A stretch of 16,275 bases of DNA, from assembly GCA_021817705.1 (NCBI GenBank), contig JAKAGB010000013.1, forward strand, positions 1 through 16,275, read 5' to 3'. Positions within the stretch are counted from its first letter, which is position 1. Each line of letters begins with the position of its first letter. This document shows positions 5,455-11,713 of this stretch, piece after piece. This stretch comes from a bacterium. GTDB lineage: Bacteria > Patescibacteriota > Minisyncoccia > Phycocordibacterales > Phycocordibacteraceae. Position numbers and translations under genes: made by a program. The notes beneath the pieces were generated by a model. It did no database searches. It was not told the DNA's origin and saw only the letters and a program-made list of their open reading frames with translations.

Positions 5455-6015
5455 CTAGAACTGAAGCGTGTGCGCCGGTTCCCAGCGATACGTTTCATCT
5501 TCGGTTGGCACCTTCCGGTAGAGCACGAGCTGCCGCGCCGAGAAAGTTCCGGTTGGAAAATCGCTCCGCGCCACCAGATATCGCTGCACGCGAGGAAATT
5601 GCCGAACCTTCAAATCCGAGAAGAGCGTCACGTGGGGCGTCGAGCCTTCGAATTTCTGTTTCGGGTACCCGAGCGCCGTGAATTCATCTACGAGCTCGCG
5701 CCACGCTTTTACGAACGCGCCGTCGAGTGCGACGTAGAGCGTTCGAGAATCCTCGAACGCGCCGAGCCCGGCCACCCGCACGTCGATTGGCAGCAGTTTC
5801 CGATTGCGCACATACGCGCTCATGTGCGCGCATGCAGCGGCCGCGTCTCGTTTCGTAAGTTCGAGACGATACTTTATCGTCACGTGCGCCGGCGTGCGGC
5901 TTTTGTTCGGCTGGATACCGAGTACGCGCGCCACATCCTCTTGCACCGCGCGCTTGAACGCGCTCAGCTCGGGTACTTCGAACGCGAAATAGTGCTTCGT
6001 CGATGCGTCGGGCAT
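5455..6015 (-). CDS. 2H phosphoesterase superfamily protein (LigT / 2'-5' RNA ligase-like)
   Basis: Two H-x-T-x motifs at the expected spacing (PAHVTIKY and TPHVTLFS) in a 186-aa protein. AAGAGGAG lies 6 nt upstream of the ATG. Confidence 0.8.
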   Translation of the reverse strand: MPDASTKHYFAFEVPELSAFKRAVQEDVARVLGIQPNKSRTPAHVTIKYRLELTKRDAAAACAHMSAYVRNRKLLPIDVRVAGLGAFEDSRTLYVALDGAFVKAWRELVDEFTALGYPKQKFEGSTPHVTLFSDLKVRQFPRVQRYLVARSDFPTGTFSARQLVLYRKVPTEDETYRWEPAHTLQF

Positions 6016-6065
6016 CGCGTACTCCTCTTGTGTGCATCTGCCTTTCTTGTATCAAAAGCGGCGCG

Positions 6066-6101
6066 AAAACGCGAGCGCGGCCGGCAAAGCCGGCCGCGCT
6101 C
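6066..6101 (-). terminator. Hairpin terminator downstream of tRNA-His
   Basis: Perfect 13-bp stem (6073-6085 / 6089-6101) with loop aaa. On the minus strand it is followed by GCGTTTTCG. Confidence 0.5.
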
Positions 6102-6119
6102 ATCAGTTTCTTTATTCGG

Positions 6120-6193
6120 GGCGACCTATGGGACTCGAACCCATAACCACCTGGACCACAACCAGGGGCTCTACCAATTGAGCTAAGGCCGCC
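6120..6193 (-). tRNA. tRNA-His (anticodon GTG) with encoded G-1
   Basis: Hand-folded cloverleaf: G-1 + GCGGCCT / AGGTCGC acceptor (one G-U), D arm GCTC-AATTGGTA-GAGC, anticodon arm CCTGG-TTGTGGT-CCAGG, T arm ATGGG-TTCGAGT-CCCAT, discriminator C73. It is followed by CCG, so CCA is not fully encoded. Confidence 0.9.
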
Positions 6194-6235
6194 ATGTGCG
6201 AACGAGGTTTTTATAGCACGGAAACTGGGATTTGC

Positions 6236-6775
6236 TTAGTAGCGCGGATGCTCGTCTTCGACGCCGGCCTCGTGGTTCGCGAGCCGCGCGAGGGCGAAGA
6301 GGAGCGACGAGAGGCGGTTCAGGTACGCTTTCGTCTCGGGCGAAAGCTCGCGCGCGCCCGCGTCGACCACCGCCGTCGCGCGACGCTCCGCGCGCCGCGC
6401 GACCGTGCGCGCGTAATCGAGCATCGCCGAAAGCTCCGTGCCGCCCGCAATGGAAAAACGCGTGATGGGCGGCAATTCGTGTTCGGCCGCCTCGATGATG
6501 CGCTCGAGTTCCTCCACGCGCGCCTGTTCGGTGTGCTTTTCGGCTCCGGCCACCTCCGCCTGCACCACGAAGAGCGCTTCCTGCACCTCGCGCAAAAGTT
6601 TGCCGTACCGCGTTTGTGCGCCCGCCCTCATTTTCACCACGCCAAGCAGCGCGTTCAGTTCATCAAGAGCGCCAAGCGCCTCGGGCAGTGCCGAGGCTTT
6701 CGAGATGCGCACGCCGGGCGGACAGTCGAATGCTTTGGTCGTGCCCGCATCGCCCTTGCCCGTAAACAGAGCCAT
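6236..6775 (-). CDS. ATP:cob(I)alamin adenosyltransferase, PduO/MMAB type
   Basis: N-terminal MALFTGKGDAGTT... and ...ALGALDELNALLG... are PduO-type signatures. The C-terminal region ...YLNRLSSLLFALAR matches the family helix bundle. Confidence 0.9.
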   Translation of the reverse strand: MALFTGKGDAGTTKAFDCPPGVRISKASALPEALGALDELNALLGVVKMRAGAQTRYGKLLREVQEALFVVQAEVAGAEKHTEQARVEELERIIEAAEHELPPITRFSIAGGTELSAMLDYARTVARRAERRATAVVDAGARELSPETKAYLNRLSSLLFALARLANHEAGVEDEHPRY

Positions 6776-6776
6776 G

Positions 6777-6861
6777 TGCGCAGGAGAGGACTCGAACCTC
6801 CATCCCCTTAACGGGGGCTACCACCTCAAGGTAGTGCGTCTACCAATTTCGCCACCTGCGC
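6777..6861 (-). tRNA. tRNA-Leu (anticodon GAG), type II with long variable arm
   Basis: Acceptor GCGCAGG / CCTGCGC, anticodon arm CTACC-TTGAGGT-GGTAG, variable arm CCCCCGTTAAGGGGAT, T loop TTCGAGT, discriminator A. CCA is not encoded. Confidence 0.9.
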
Positions 6862-6876
6862 AGGTGCGAGCACTAT

Positions 6877-6919
6877 AAACGGAAACGCGCCCGAGCGCAA
6901 AGCGCTCGGGCGCGTTTCC
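6877..6919 (-). terminator. Intrinsic terminator of rplS
   Basis: Perfect 18-bp stem (6881-6898 / 6902-6919) with loop aaa. On the minus strand it is followed by GTTTAT. It starts 10 nt after the TAA at 6929-6931. Confidence 0.6.
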
Positions 6920-6928
6920 GCACGATCG

Positions 6929-7459
6929 TTAGGCCGCGACTTCCTCGGCGACTGTCGCCTTCTCTTCTGCCGCTTCCGCCGGCGTTTCGGTGGGTATCGC
7001 TTCCGCACCTCCCACTTCGGCCGCGACTGCTTCGGCCTCTTCCACCGGAAGCTCCTCCTCGCTCTTCGCATGCATCATGCGGGCGTTACGGAGCTGGCGA
7101 CGCACCTGCTTCGCCGCCTTCTCGCGGATGAAGTAGAGCTTCGCGCGGCGCACCTTGGAGCGCTTCACGATCTCGATCGAGTCGATAGCCGGCGAGTAGA
7201 GCGGAAACACTTTCTCGACGCCCACGCCCGAGAGGGTCGTGCGCACCGTGAAGGTCGCGCCGGCTTCCGTGCCGTGCTTCACCGCGAGCACCACGCCTTC
7301 GAACGCCTGCTTGCGCGCGTTCTTGAGGGTCTTCTCTTTCTTGTCGGCACCCTTGCCCTTCTTGAGCTCCACGATGTTCTGGATGACGCGCACAGAGTCG
7401 CCCGGGCGTATCCCGAGCTTCGCGCGTCCTTCGACGTTGACCGGCGTGTGTACCTTCAT
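6929..7459 (-). CDS. rplS: 50S ribosomal protein L19 with an acidic/Ala-rich C-terminal extension of about 54 aa
   Basis: IRPGDSVRV...QAFEGVVLAVKHGTEAGATFTVRTTLSGVGVEKVFPLYSPAIDSIEIVKRSKVRRAKLYFIRE is the L19 core. I chose ATG 7459 (MKVHTP). The track start, GTG at 7480, would lie inside the predicted promoter and inverted repeat. Confidence 0.9.
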   Translation of the reverse strand: MKVHTPVNVEGRAKLGIRPGDSVRVIQNIVELKKGKGADKKEKTLKNARKQAFEGVVLAVKHGTEAGATFTVRTTLSGVGVEKVFPLYSPAIDSIEIVKRSKVRRAKLYFIREKAAKQVRRQLRNARMMHAKSEEELPVEEAEAVAAEVGGAEAIPTETPAEAAEEKATVAEEVAA

Positions 7460-7478
7460 ATAGCCCGCGCACTGTAGC

Positions 7479-7610
7479 ACCCCGTTAGAAGTCTAGCAAC
7501 TCCCCCGTCTTGCTGTGCCGGTTGCGCGACTCCCACCTTGGGTTCGTTCGGCATGCGACGCACGAAAAAAATTGCGGCAATTTTTTTCGTGCCGCGACTT
7601 CTAACGGGGT
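7479..7610. repeat. Intergenic element of 132 bp bounded by inverted repeats (MITE-like or a structured leader/operator)
   Basis: Perfect 15-bp terminal inverted repeats (7479-7493 accccgttagaagtc / 7596-7610 gacttctaacggggt). There is an internal perfect 33-nt palindrome at 7560-7592 (gcacgaaaaaaattgc g gcaatttttttcgtgc). If the repeats are read as 14 bp, both ends are flanked by the direct repeat TAGCA (7475-7479 and 7610-7614). Confidence 0.5.
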
Positions 7611-7637
7611 AGCATTCCCGCCCAGAAAAAGCAAAAT

Positions 7638-8378
7638 CTAGCTGAGCTGCCTAAGCGCATGCGCGAAGTCAGCCGGAAGCGGCGCTTCGAAGGTTTTGCG
7701 CTCACCCGAGGGCAGCGTGATGGCAAGCGAGAGCGCGTGGAGCGCCGGGCGATGAAAGCCAAAGAGGCACGGGCGGCCCTTGGCGTAGAGCGGGTCACAG
7801 ACGACCGGGTGATTCAGGTGTTTGAAATGCACGCGAATCTGGTGCGTACGACCGGTCTTGGGCCTGGCTTCGAGCAAAGAGACCTTCTCGCCGCTTTCCG
7901 GGTCGACGCCGCGCGAAAGCACGCGCCATTCGGTGATGGCAGCGCGATGCGTGCGCGATTCTTCCCCGCGACGCACGCCCCAGCGGGGCGGCGTCGCGCG
8001 GATGCGCACGATTTCTGCCTCTATCACCCCTGCCTCTTTGGCCGGATGCCCGTACACGAGCGCGCGGTACGTTTTTTCCGTCGTGCGCTCTTGGAATTGC
8101 TCTTTGAGGAATGCATAGGCCTCCCTTGTTTTCGCGAGAATCATGACACCCGAGGTGCCGCGGTCGAGCCGATGCACGATGCCCGGACGCGCGATGACTT
8201 CGCCCTGTGGCGACGTCCACGGCTCCCCCACGTCCGCCATCTGCGGATACTGTGCGAGCACCCAGGCCGCCACCGAAGGTTCTTCGGTGCGGCCGTCGCT
8301 GTGCACGATGAGCCCCGCGGGCTTGTTTATGACGAGTACCTCGCTGTCTTCGTATAAAATTGTCGGTTCCAGGGGCAT
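7638..8378 (-). CDS. RluA-family (RluD-like) rRNA pseudouridine synthase lacking an N-terminal S4 domain
   Basis: LVINKPAGLIVH and the catalytic HRLDRGTSGVMILAKT motif; C-terminal TGRTHQIRVHF. Confidence 0.9.
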   Translation of the reverse strand: MPLEPTILYEDSEVLVINKPAGLIVHSDGRTEEPSVAAWVLAQYPQMADVGEPWTSPQGEVIARPGIVHRLDRGTSGVMILAKTREAYAFLKEQFQERTTEKTYRALVYGHPAKEAGVIEAEIVRIRATPPRWGVRRGEESRTHRAAITEWRVLSRGVDPESGEKVSLLEARPKTGRTHQIRVHFKHLNHPVVCDPLYAKGRPCLFGFHRPALHALSLAITLPSGERKTFEAPLPADFAHALRQLS

Positions 8379-8379
8379 G

Positions 8380-8407
8380 TTGCAAATCCTAACAGAAAAG
8401 GTATAGT
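8380..8407 (+). promoter_or_regulatory. Candidate promoter of the HEPN-like gene
   Basis: TTGCAA (8380-8385), 16-nt spacer, TATAGT (8402-8407). GGAG lies 8 nt before the ATG at 8438. Confidence 0.45.
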
Positions 8408-8437
8408 CCGCGCCAGAAACAGGATGGAGTTCTGGTA

Positions 8438-8926
8438 ATGGAAGCGAATCATCTGCAGGTGATCCGCAAGGACTACGGGCACGCGAAGACCGTGCTCGAC
8501 AAGATCGAAGCAGCCATCACCGACCTCGGCTGGCTCGCCGCGATGCGGGTCGCCGAATTCAGACGGCCGCAGGCAGAGCGCGAGCTGCTCTATGGCACAA
8601 ACGGCATGAGCGCGCACGCCTTGCTGAGCGCGCTCCTCGGCAACGCCGACGCAGATGTCGGCGGCTCGCTTGCCGAATGGTTCGCGAGCATGGAGCAACG
8701 CGCCCCTGGTTTTCGGAACTCGCTCACCCATGCAGTTCTCATGTTCCCCAAAGTGTTTACAGCGGAGTCGGCGCAGTCGCATTTCCGCCTCTGTTTGGAA
8801 GCGGCGCATCACCTTACCGCGCTCCGGAACCGCCTCGCGGTGGAAAATACGGAAGCGGAACGAGTTTGCTGTGAAGCGGCTACGGCTGCGGCACGCATTG
8901 CCGGACTACGCGACTTCGCCGGCTAA
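8438..8926 (+). CDS. Hypothetical all-helical protein with a HEPN-like R-x4-H motif (FRNSLTHA)
   Basis: A 162-aa ORF with its own promoter, ribosome-binding site and terminator, on the opposite strand to its neighbours. R93-N-S-L-T-H98 (nt 8714-8731) fits the HEPN RNxxxH consensus at the expected position in the domain. No family was recognised by eye. Confidence 0.7.
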   Translation: MEANHLQVIRKDYGHAKTVLDKIEAAITDLGWLAAMRVAEFRRPQAERELLYGTNGMSAHALLSALLGNADADVGGSLAEWFASMEQRAPGFRNSLTHAVLMFPKVFTAESAQSHFRLCLEAAHHLTALRNRLAVENTEAERVCCEAATAAARIAGLRDFAG

Positions 8927-8931
8927 AACAA

Positions 8932-8953
8932 GCGCGACCCTTCGGGGTCGCGC
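8932..8953. terminator. Bidirectional intrinsic terminator between the convergent HEPN-like gene and uppS
   Basis: A 9-bp stem (gcgcgaccc ttcg gggtcgcgc). On the plus strand it is followed by ATTTTCATTTTCC and on the minus strand by TTGTTTTAG. Confidence 0.65.
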
Positions 8954-8957
8954 ATTT

Positions 8958-9644
8958 TCATTTTCCGCGCCGGCGCTCGCGCTGCGCGTAGTCGGCAAAT
9001 AGCGCGTCGAGCTCTTCCGCACTGAAGTCCGGCCAGAGCGTGTCGCTAAAGGCGAGCTCGCTATACGCGCTTTGCCAGGTGAGAAAATTCGAAAGGCGCT
9101 TTTCACCGCCCGTGCGGATGATGAGGTCCGGGTCGGGGACGCCGCGCAAGGAGAGCGCGCGAGCGAAGTCCTCTTCGCTCGCGCAGGGCTTCCCTTCCAC
9201 AATAAGCGCGTTTGCGGCCGCCACGATTTCCGCGCGGCCTCCGTACGACAGCGCGACGACGAGCGTCTTCCCGCGCTCGGTTTTCGCACTCTCCGCTTCG
9301 AGTTTTTCCGAGGCCGCGCGGAGTGTTTGCGGCACCCGCGAGAGTTCGCCTACGAACCGCACCGCCACACCCTCCTCTGCCAACTCGCTCAAATCTTCCA
9401 TGAGCGTCGTGCCAAACAGTTGCATGAGGTACGCGACTTCTTCCGGCGCACGGTTCCAGTTCTCGGTCGAGAACGCATAGATGATGAGCTGCCGCACGCC
9501 GCGCGAAAACGCATGCCGCGCGATTTCCTTCGCTTTTGCACGTCCTGCTTGGTGCCCCGCGAGGCTCGACATGCCCTTCGCCTTCGCCCAGCGGCGATTG
9601 CCATCCATGATGAGCCCGACGCACGCCGGTGCGGCTTCGGTCAT
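8958..9644 (-). CDS. uppS: Undecaprenyl-diphosphate synthase (isoprenyl transferase)
   Basis: IMDGNRRWAKAKG, GHQAG, and FSTENWNRAPEEVAYLMQL are canonical cis-prenyltransferase motifs. C-terminal IRTGGEKRLSNFLTWQSAYSEL. Confidence 0.95.
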   Translation of the reverse strand: MTEAAPACVGLIMDGNRRWAKAKGMSSLAGHQAGRAKAKEIARHAFSRGVRQLIIYAFSTENWNRAPEEVAYLMQLFGTTLMEDLSELAEEGVAVRFVGELSRVPQTLRAASEKLEAESAKTERGKTLVVALSYGGRAEIVAAANALIVEGKPCASEEDFARALSLRGVPDPDLIIRTGGEKRLSNFLTWQSAYSELAFSDTLWPDFSAEELDALFADYAQRERRRGK

Positions 9645-9687
9645 ATACAGAATGAACGGATGTTCTTGCTGCTAAGTTTCAACACGG

Positions 9688-9760
9688 TGCGCGGTGAGGG
9701 ACTCGAACCCCCGACCCACTCAGTGTAAATGAGTTGCTCTACCAACTGAGCTAACCGCGC
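9688..9760 (-). tRNA. tRNA-Val (anticodon TAC)
   Basis: Acceptor GCGCGGT / ACCGCGC, D arm GCTC-AGTTGGTA-GAGC, anticodon arm ACTCA-TTTACAC-TGAGT, T arm GGGGG-TTCGAGT-CCCTC, discriminator A, followed by CCG. Confidence 0.9.
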
Positions 9761-9787
9761 GTTCCCGCGCCGCTTCGCGGCGCGGGC

Positions 9788-9872
9788 TGGTGGGCATGGG
9801 GAGACTCGAACTCCCAACCCTTGCGGGATACGCTTCTGAGACGTACGCGTATACCAATTCCGCCACATGCCC
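9788..9872 (-). tRNA. tRNA-Leu (anticodon CAG), type II, CCA encoded
   Basis: Acceptor GGGCATG / CATGCCC, anticodon arm TACGT-CTCAGAA-GCGTA, variable arm TCCCGCAAGGGT, T arm GGGAG-TTCGAGT-CTCCC, then A73 and CCA (9788-9790). A 9-bp GC hairpin (9764-9786) separates it from tRNA-Val. Confidence 0.9.
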
Positions 9873-9901
9873 GTTTCCGCACTGTACTGTGTTTGGGCGT
9901 T

Positions 9902-9930
9902 TTTATAAAGGGCGCAACCGCATCTGTGAG
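9902..9930 (-). promoter_or_regulatory. Weak candidate promoter for the tRNA-Leu/tRNA-Val/uppS unit
   Basis: On the minus strand: CTCACA (complement of 9925-9930), 17-nt spacer, TATAAA (complement of 9902-9907). It lies about 30 nt upstream of the tRNA-Leu 5' end. Confidence 0.3.
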
Positions 9931-10050
9931 CTCGCTGAAAAACGCCAGAGGCAAGGCGTCGAGGAACGAGAACGCGAGCCGTACTAGAGCGTACGGTGAG
10001 CGTTCGAGCGACGAAGACAACGCAGCATATGGCGGAATTTCAGCGAGCTT

Positions 10051-11067
10051 CTAACAGGCGACGTTTTGGTCGACGGCGGTGTGGTCCAATTCGTACTGCA
10101 GAATCCAGATGGGGCTGCCGGAGATGAAGCTCGTCTTCGTATTGCAGGCGTTCAGCGCACCCACCTGCGTGTTCACGCCAATCGGGAACCACGTGGGCAC
10201 CGGGAATGCGGTACCGCGCACCGACTCAGTCGGCACAAAAGTATCACCAGCGATTTCTTTCCACATGAAGCCCATCGAGTAGATGCCGGCCTTCACGCCC
10301 TGCGCATTCAAATAATCAAGCGCGCCCTGTATGGTCGCATCGTTCACGGCAGGATTCGCCGACCAGCTGTTCGCTTCCTCCACGTCGAGCCACCAGAACG
10401 TGTCGTACACCTTGCTACTCTGCGCATATGCATACGCGTCTTCTGCCGCGTTCCAACCGTAGTTGTACGCCTCGCAGGCAGACGGTTCCGGATATGCGCT
10501 CGTGCCCATGCTCGCGGTCGTCTGCTTGAAGTCGGCAGTCGGGACGGCAGGTGCAGCATTCGTGCAGTCTTTCGGCGTAGCGATATGCCCTGCCACGGTG
10601 CTGCCGTAGGGCGCGTTCAGGTTCAGGTACAGGGTGGGGATGACCGACGAAGCGAGGCGCGCCCACGAATATTCTGAAACGAGCCGCGCGTTATGCGCGA
10701 ACGCTTTGCCGCCCGTCACGCCCACTACCGCGAACCCGAACGGCATGACCGGATAATTTTTCGTATTGAAAGAAAGGTCGTAGCCGACGGCGCTCGCAGG
10801 GTACGCGCTTCCCACGACCGGCACATGCGGCGGCGTGGAAGAAGCTGCGGGCGGGTCGCTCGAAACGGCGGCGGCCACGGCTGCGGGCGCACTGCCGAGC
10901 GCTGCTTCCACGCGAGCGAGCGTGCCGGCGTCGACGCCGAACGCCTGCAGAAGCGCGACCACCGCGCTCACCTGCACCCCCGAGAGCGCGGCAGCACTCG
11001 CGCCGAAAGGCGTAAGCGCGAATACACCTGCAAGAACGAGCGGTACGAGTCGTCGCATGCGTACCAT
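10051..11067 (-). CDS. Secreted protein, putative glycoside-hydrolase-like (GH25/DUF1906-like) cell-wall enzyme
   Basis: Signal peptide (MVRMRRLVPLVLAGVFALTPFGASA). A short helical LLQAFGVD module and a Pro/Ala/Ser linker follow. The catalytic-looking domain has GYDLSF..., ...FWWLDVEEANSW... and ...AGIYS..., which I recall from GH25/Rv2525c-like TIM-barrel proteins. The functional call has low certainty. Confidence 0.8.
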   Translation of the reverse strand: MVRMRRLVPLVLAGVFALTPFGASAAALSGVQVSAVVALLQAFGVDAGTLARVEAALGSAPAAVAAAVSSDPPAASSTPPHVPVVGSAYPASAVGYDLSFNTKNYPVMPFGFAVVGVTGGKAFAHNARLVSEYSWARLASSVIPTLYLNLNAPYGSTVAGHIATPKDCTNAAPAVPTADFKQTTASMGTSAYPEPSACEAYNYGWNAAEDAYAYAQSSKVYDTFWWLDVEEANSWSANPAVNDATIQGALDYLNAQGVKAGIYSMGFMWKEIAGDTFVPTESVRGTAFPVPTWFPIGVNTQVGALNACNTKTSFISGSPIWILQYELDHTAVDQNVAC

Positions 11068-11146
11068 ACTATCAGTAATACGCGCCGCTTGACGCTATTC
11101 TTGCGGAGCGCTACGGTTCCGTTCGGATTCACAAGGGAGTAAACCG

Positions 11147-11533
11147 ATGCTCATTCCGGCATGTAAAGCGAAAATTCACCGTGCTCGGGTAACGCAAGCC
11201 GACCTCAATTACGTCGGTTCCATTACCATCGACGAAGACCTCTTGGAGGCCGCCGGTATAGGGCCGTACCAATACCTCAATATGACGAGCCTCGAGAACG
11301 GCACGTTCTGGCGCACCTACGCCATGGCCGGCAAGCGCGGCAGCGGCGTCATCTGCCTTAACGGTCCACCGGCGCGGCACTTTCATCCGGGCGACACCAT
11401 CATTATCCTCGCAGAGGTTTGGGTGACGCCCGAAGAAATGGCGACCCTGAACCCGAAGGTGGTGTTCGTGGACGAGCACAATAAGATTACGCGCGTCGAA
11501 TCGCACGCGCTCATTCCGCATCCGCTTGCATAG
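11147..11533 (+). CDS. panD: Aspartate 1-decarboxylase (pyruvoyl-dependent)
   Basis: KAKIHRARVTQADLNYVGSITIDEDLLEAAGI... includes the G-S self-cleavage site. GSGVICLNGPPARHFHPGDTIII is also present. AAGGGAG lies 7 nt upstream of the ATG. Confidence 0.93.
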   Translation: MLIPACKAKIHRARVTQADLNYVGSITIDEDLLEAAGIGPYQYLNMTSLENGTFWRTYAMAGKRGSGVICLNGPPARHFHPGDTIIILAEVWVTPEEMATLNPKVVFVDEHNKITRVESHALIPHPLA

Positions 11534-11537
11534 CGTT

Positions 11538-11568
11538 CCGCGCGGCCTTTCGGCCGCGCGGTTTTTTT
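11538..11568 (+). terminator. Intrinsic terminator of panD
   Basis: Perfect 10-bp stem (ccgcgcggcc tttc ggccgcgcgg) followed by TTTTTTT (11562-11568). It abuts the 3' end of the convergent tRNA-Arg. Confidence 0.75.
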
Positions 11569-11569
11569 G

Positions 11570-11641
11570 TGCCTCGAGTTGGAATCGAACCAACATCAGC
11601 GGCTTAGAAGTCCGCGGTTCTGTCCATTGAACTATCGAGGC
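11570..11641 (-). tRNA. tRNA-Arg (anticodon TCT)
   Basis: Acceptor GCCTCGA / TCGAGGC, D arm GTTC-AATGGACA-GAAC, anticodon arm GCGGA-CTTCTAA-GCCGC (A31/G39 mismatch), T arm GTTGG-TTCGATT-CCAAC, discriminator A. Confidence 0.85.
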
Positions 11642-11713
11642 ACTACTACCCTAGCGCATTTGCATGCGGGGTGCCATAAGAGAGGCGGAGCGAAAATATT
11701 CCGCGCGAGACTT

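Noticed and set aside
6188-6780. The 10-mer gccatgtgcg occurs next to both tRNA-His (6191-6200) and tRNA-Leu (6771-6780).
   Set aside because: The contexts differ: a 5' leader in one case and a 3' trailer plus start codon in the other. Many 10-mer repeats are expected by chance in 16 kb.
7460-7480. The longer rplS start (GTG at 7480, MLQCAGY...).
   Set aside because: The extra seven residues are not L19-like. The GTG lies inside the 15-bp inverted repeat and the spacer of the predicted rplS promoter. ATG 7459 is preferred, but this is not certain.
9641-10020. ORFs that run across tRNA genes (9641..9868 -, 9751..10020 -, 9790..9987 +, 11567..11995 +, 15380..15688 -, 15421..15666 -, 15864..16265 -).
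   Set aside because: They are read-through of tRNA sequences and intergenic DNA. The cloverleaf folds give a better explanation, and there are no protein motifs.
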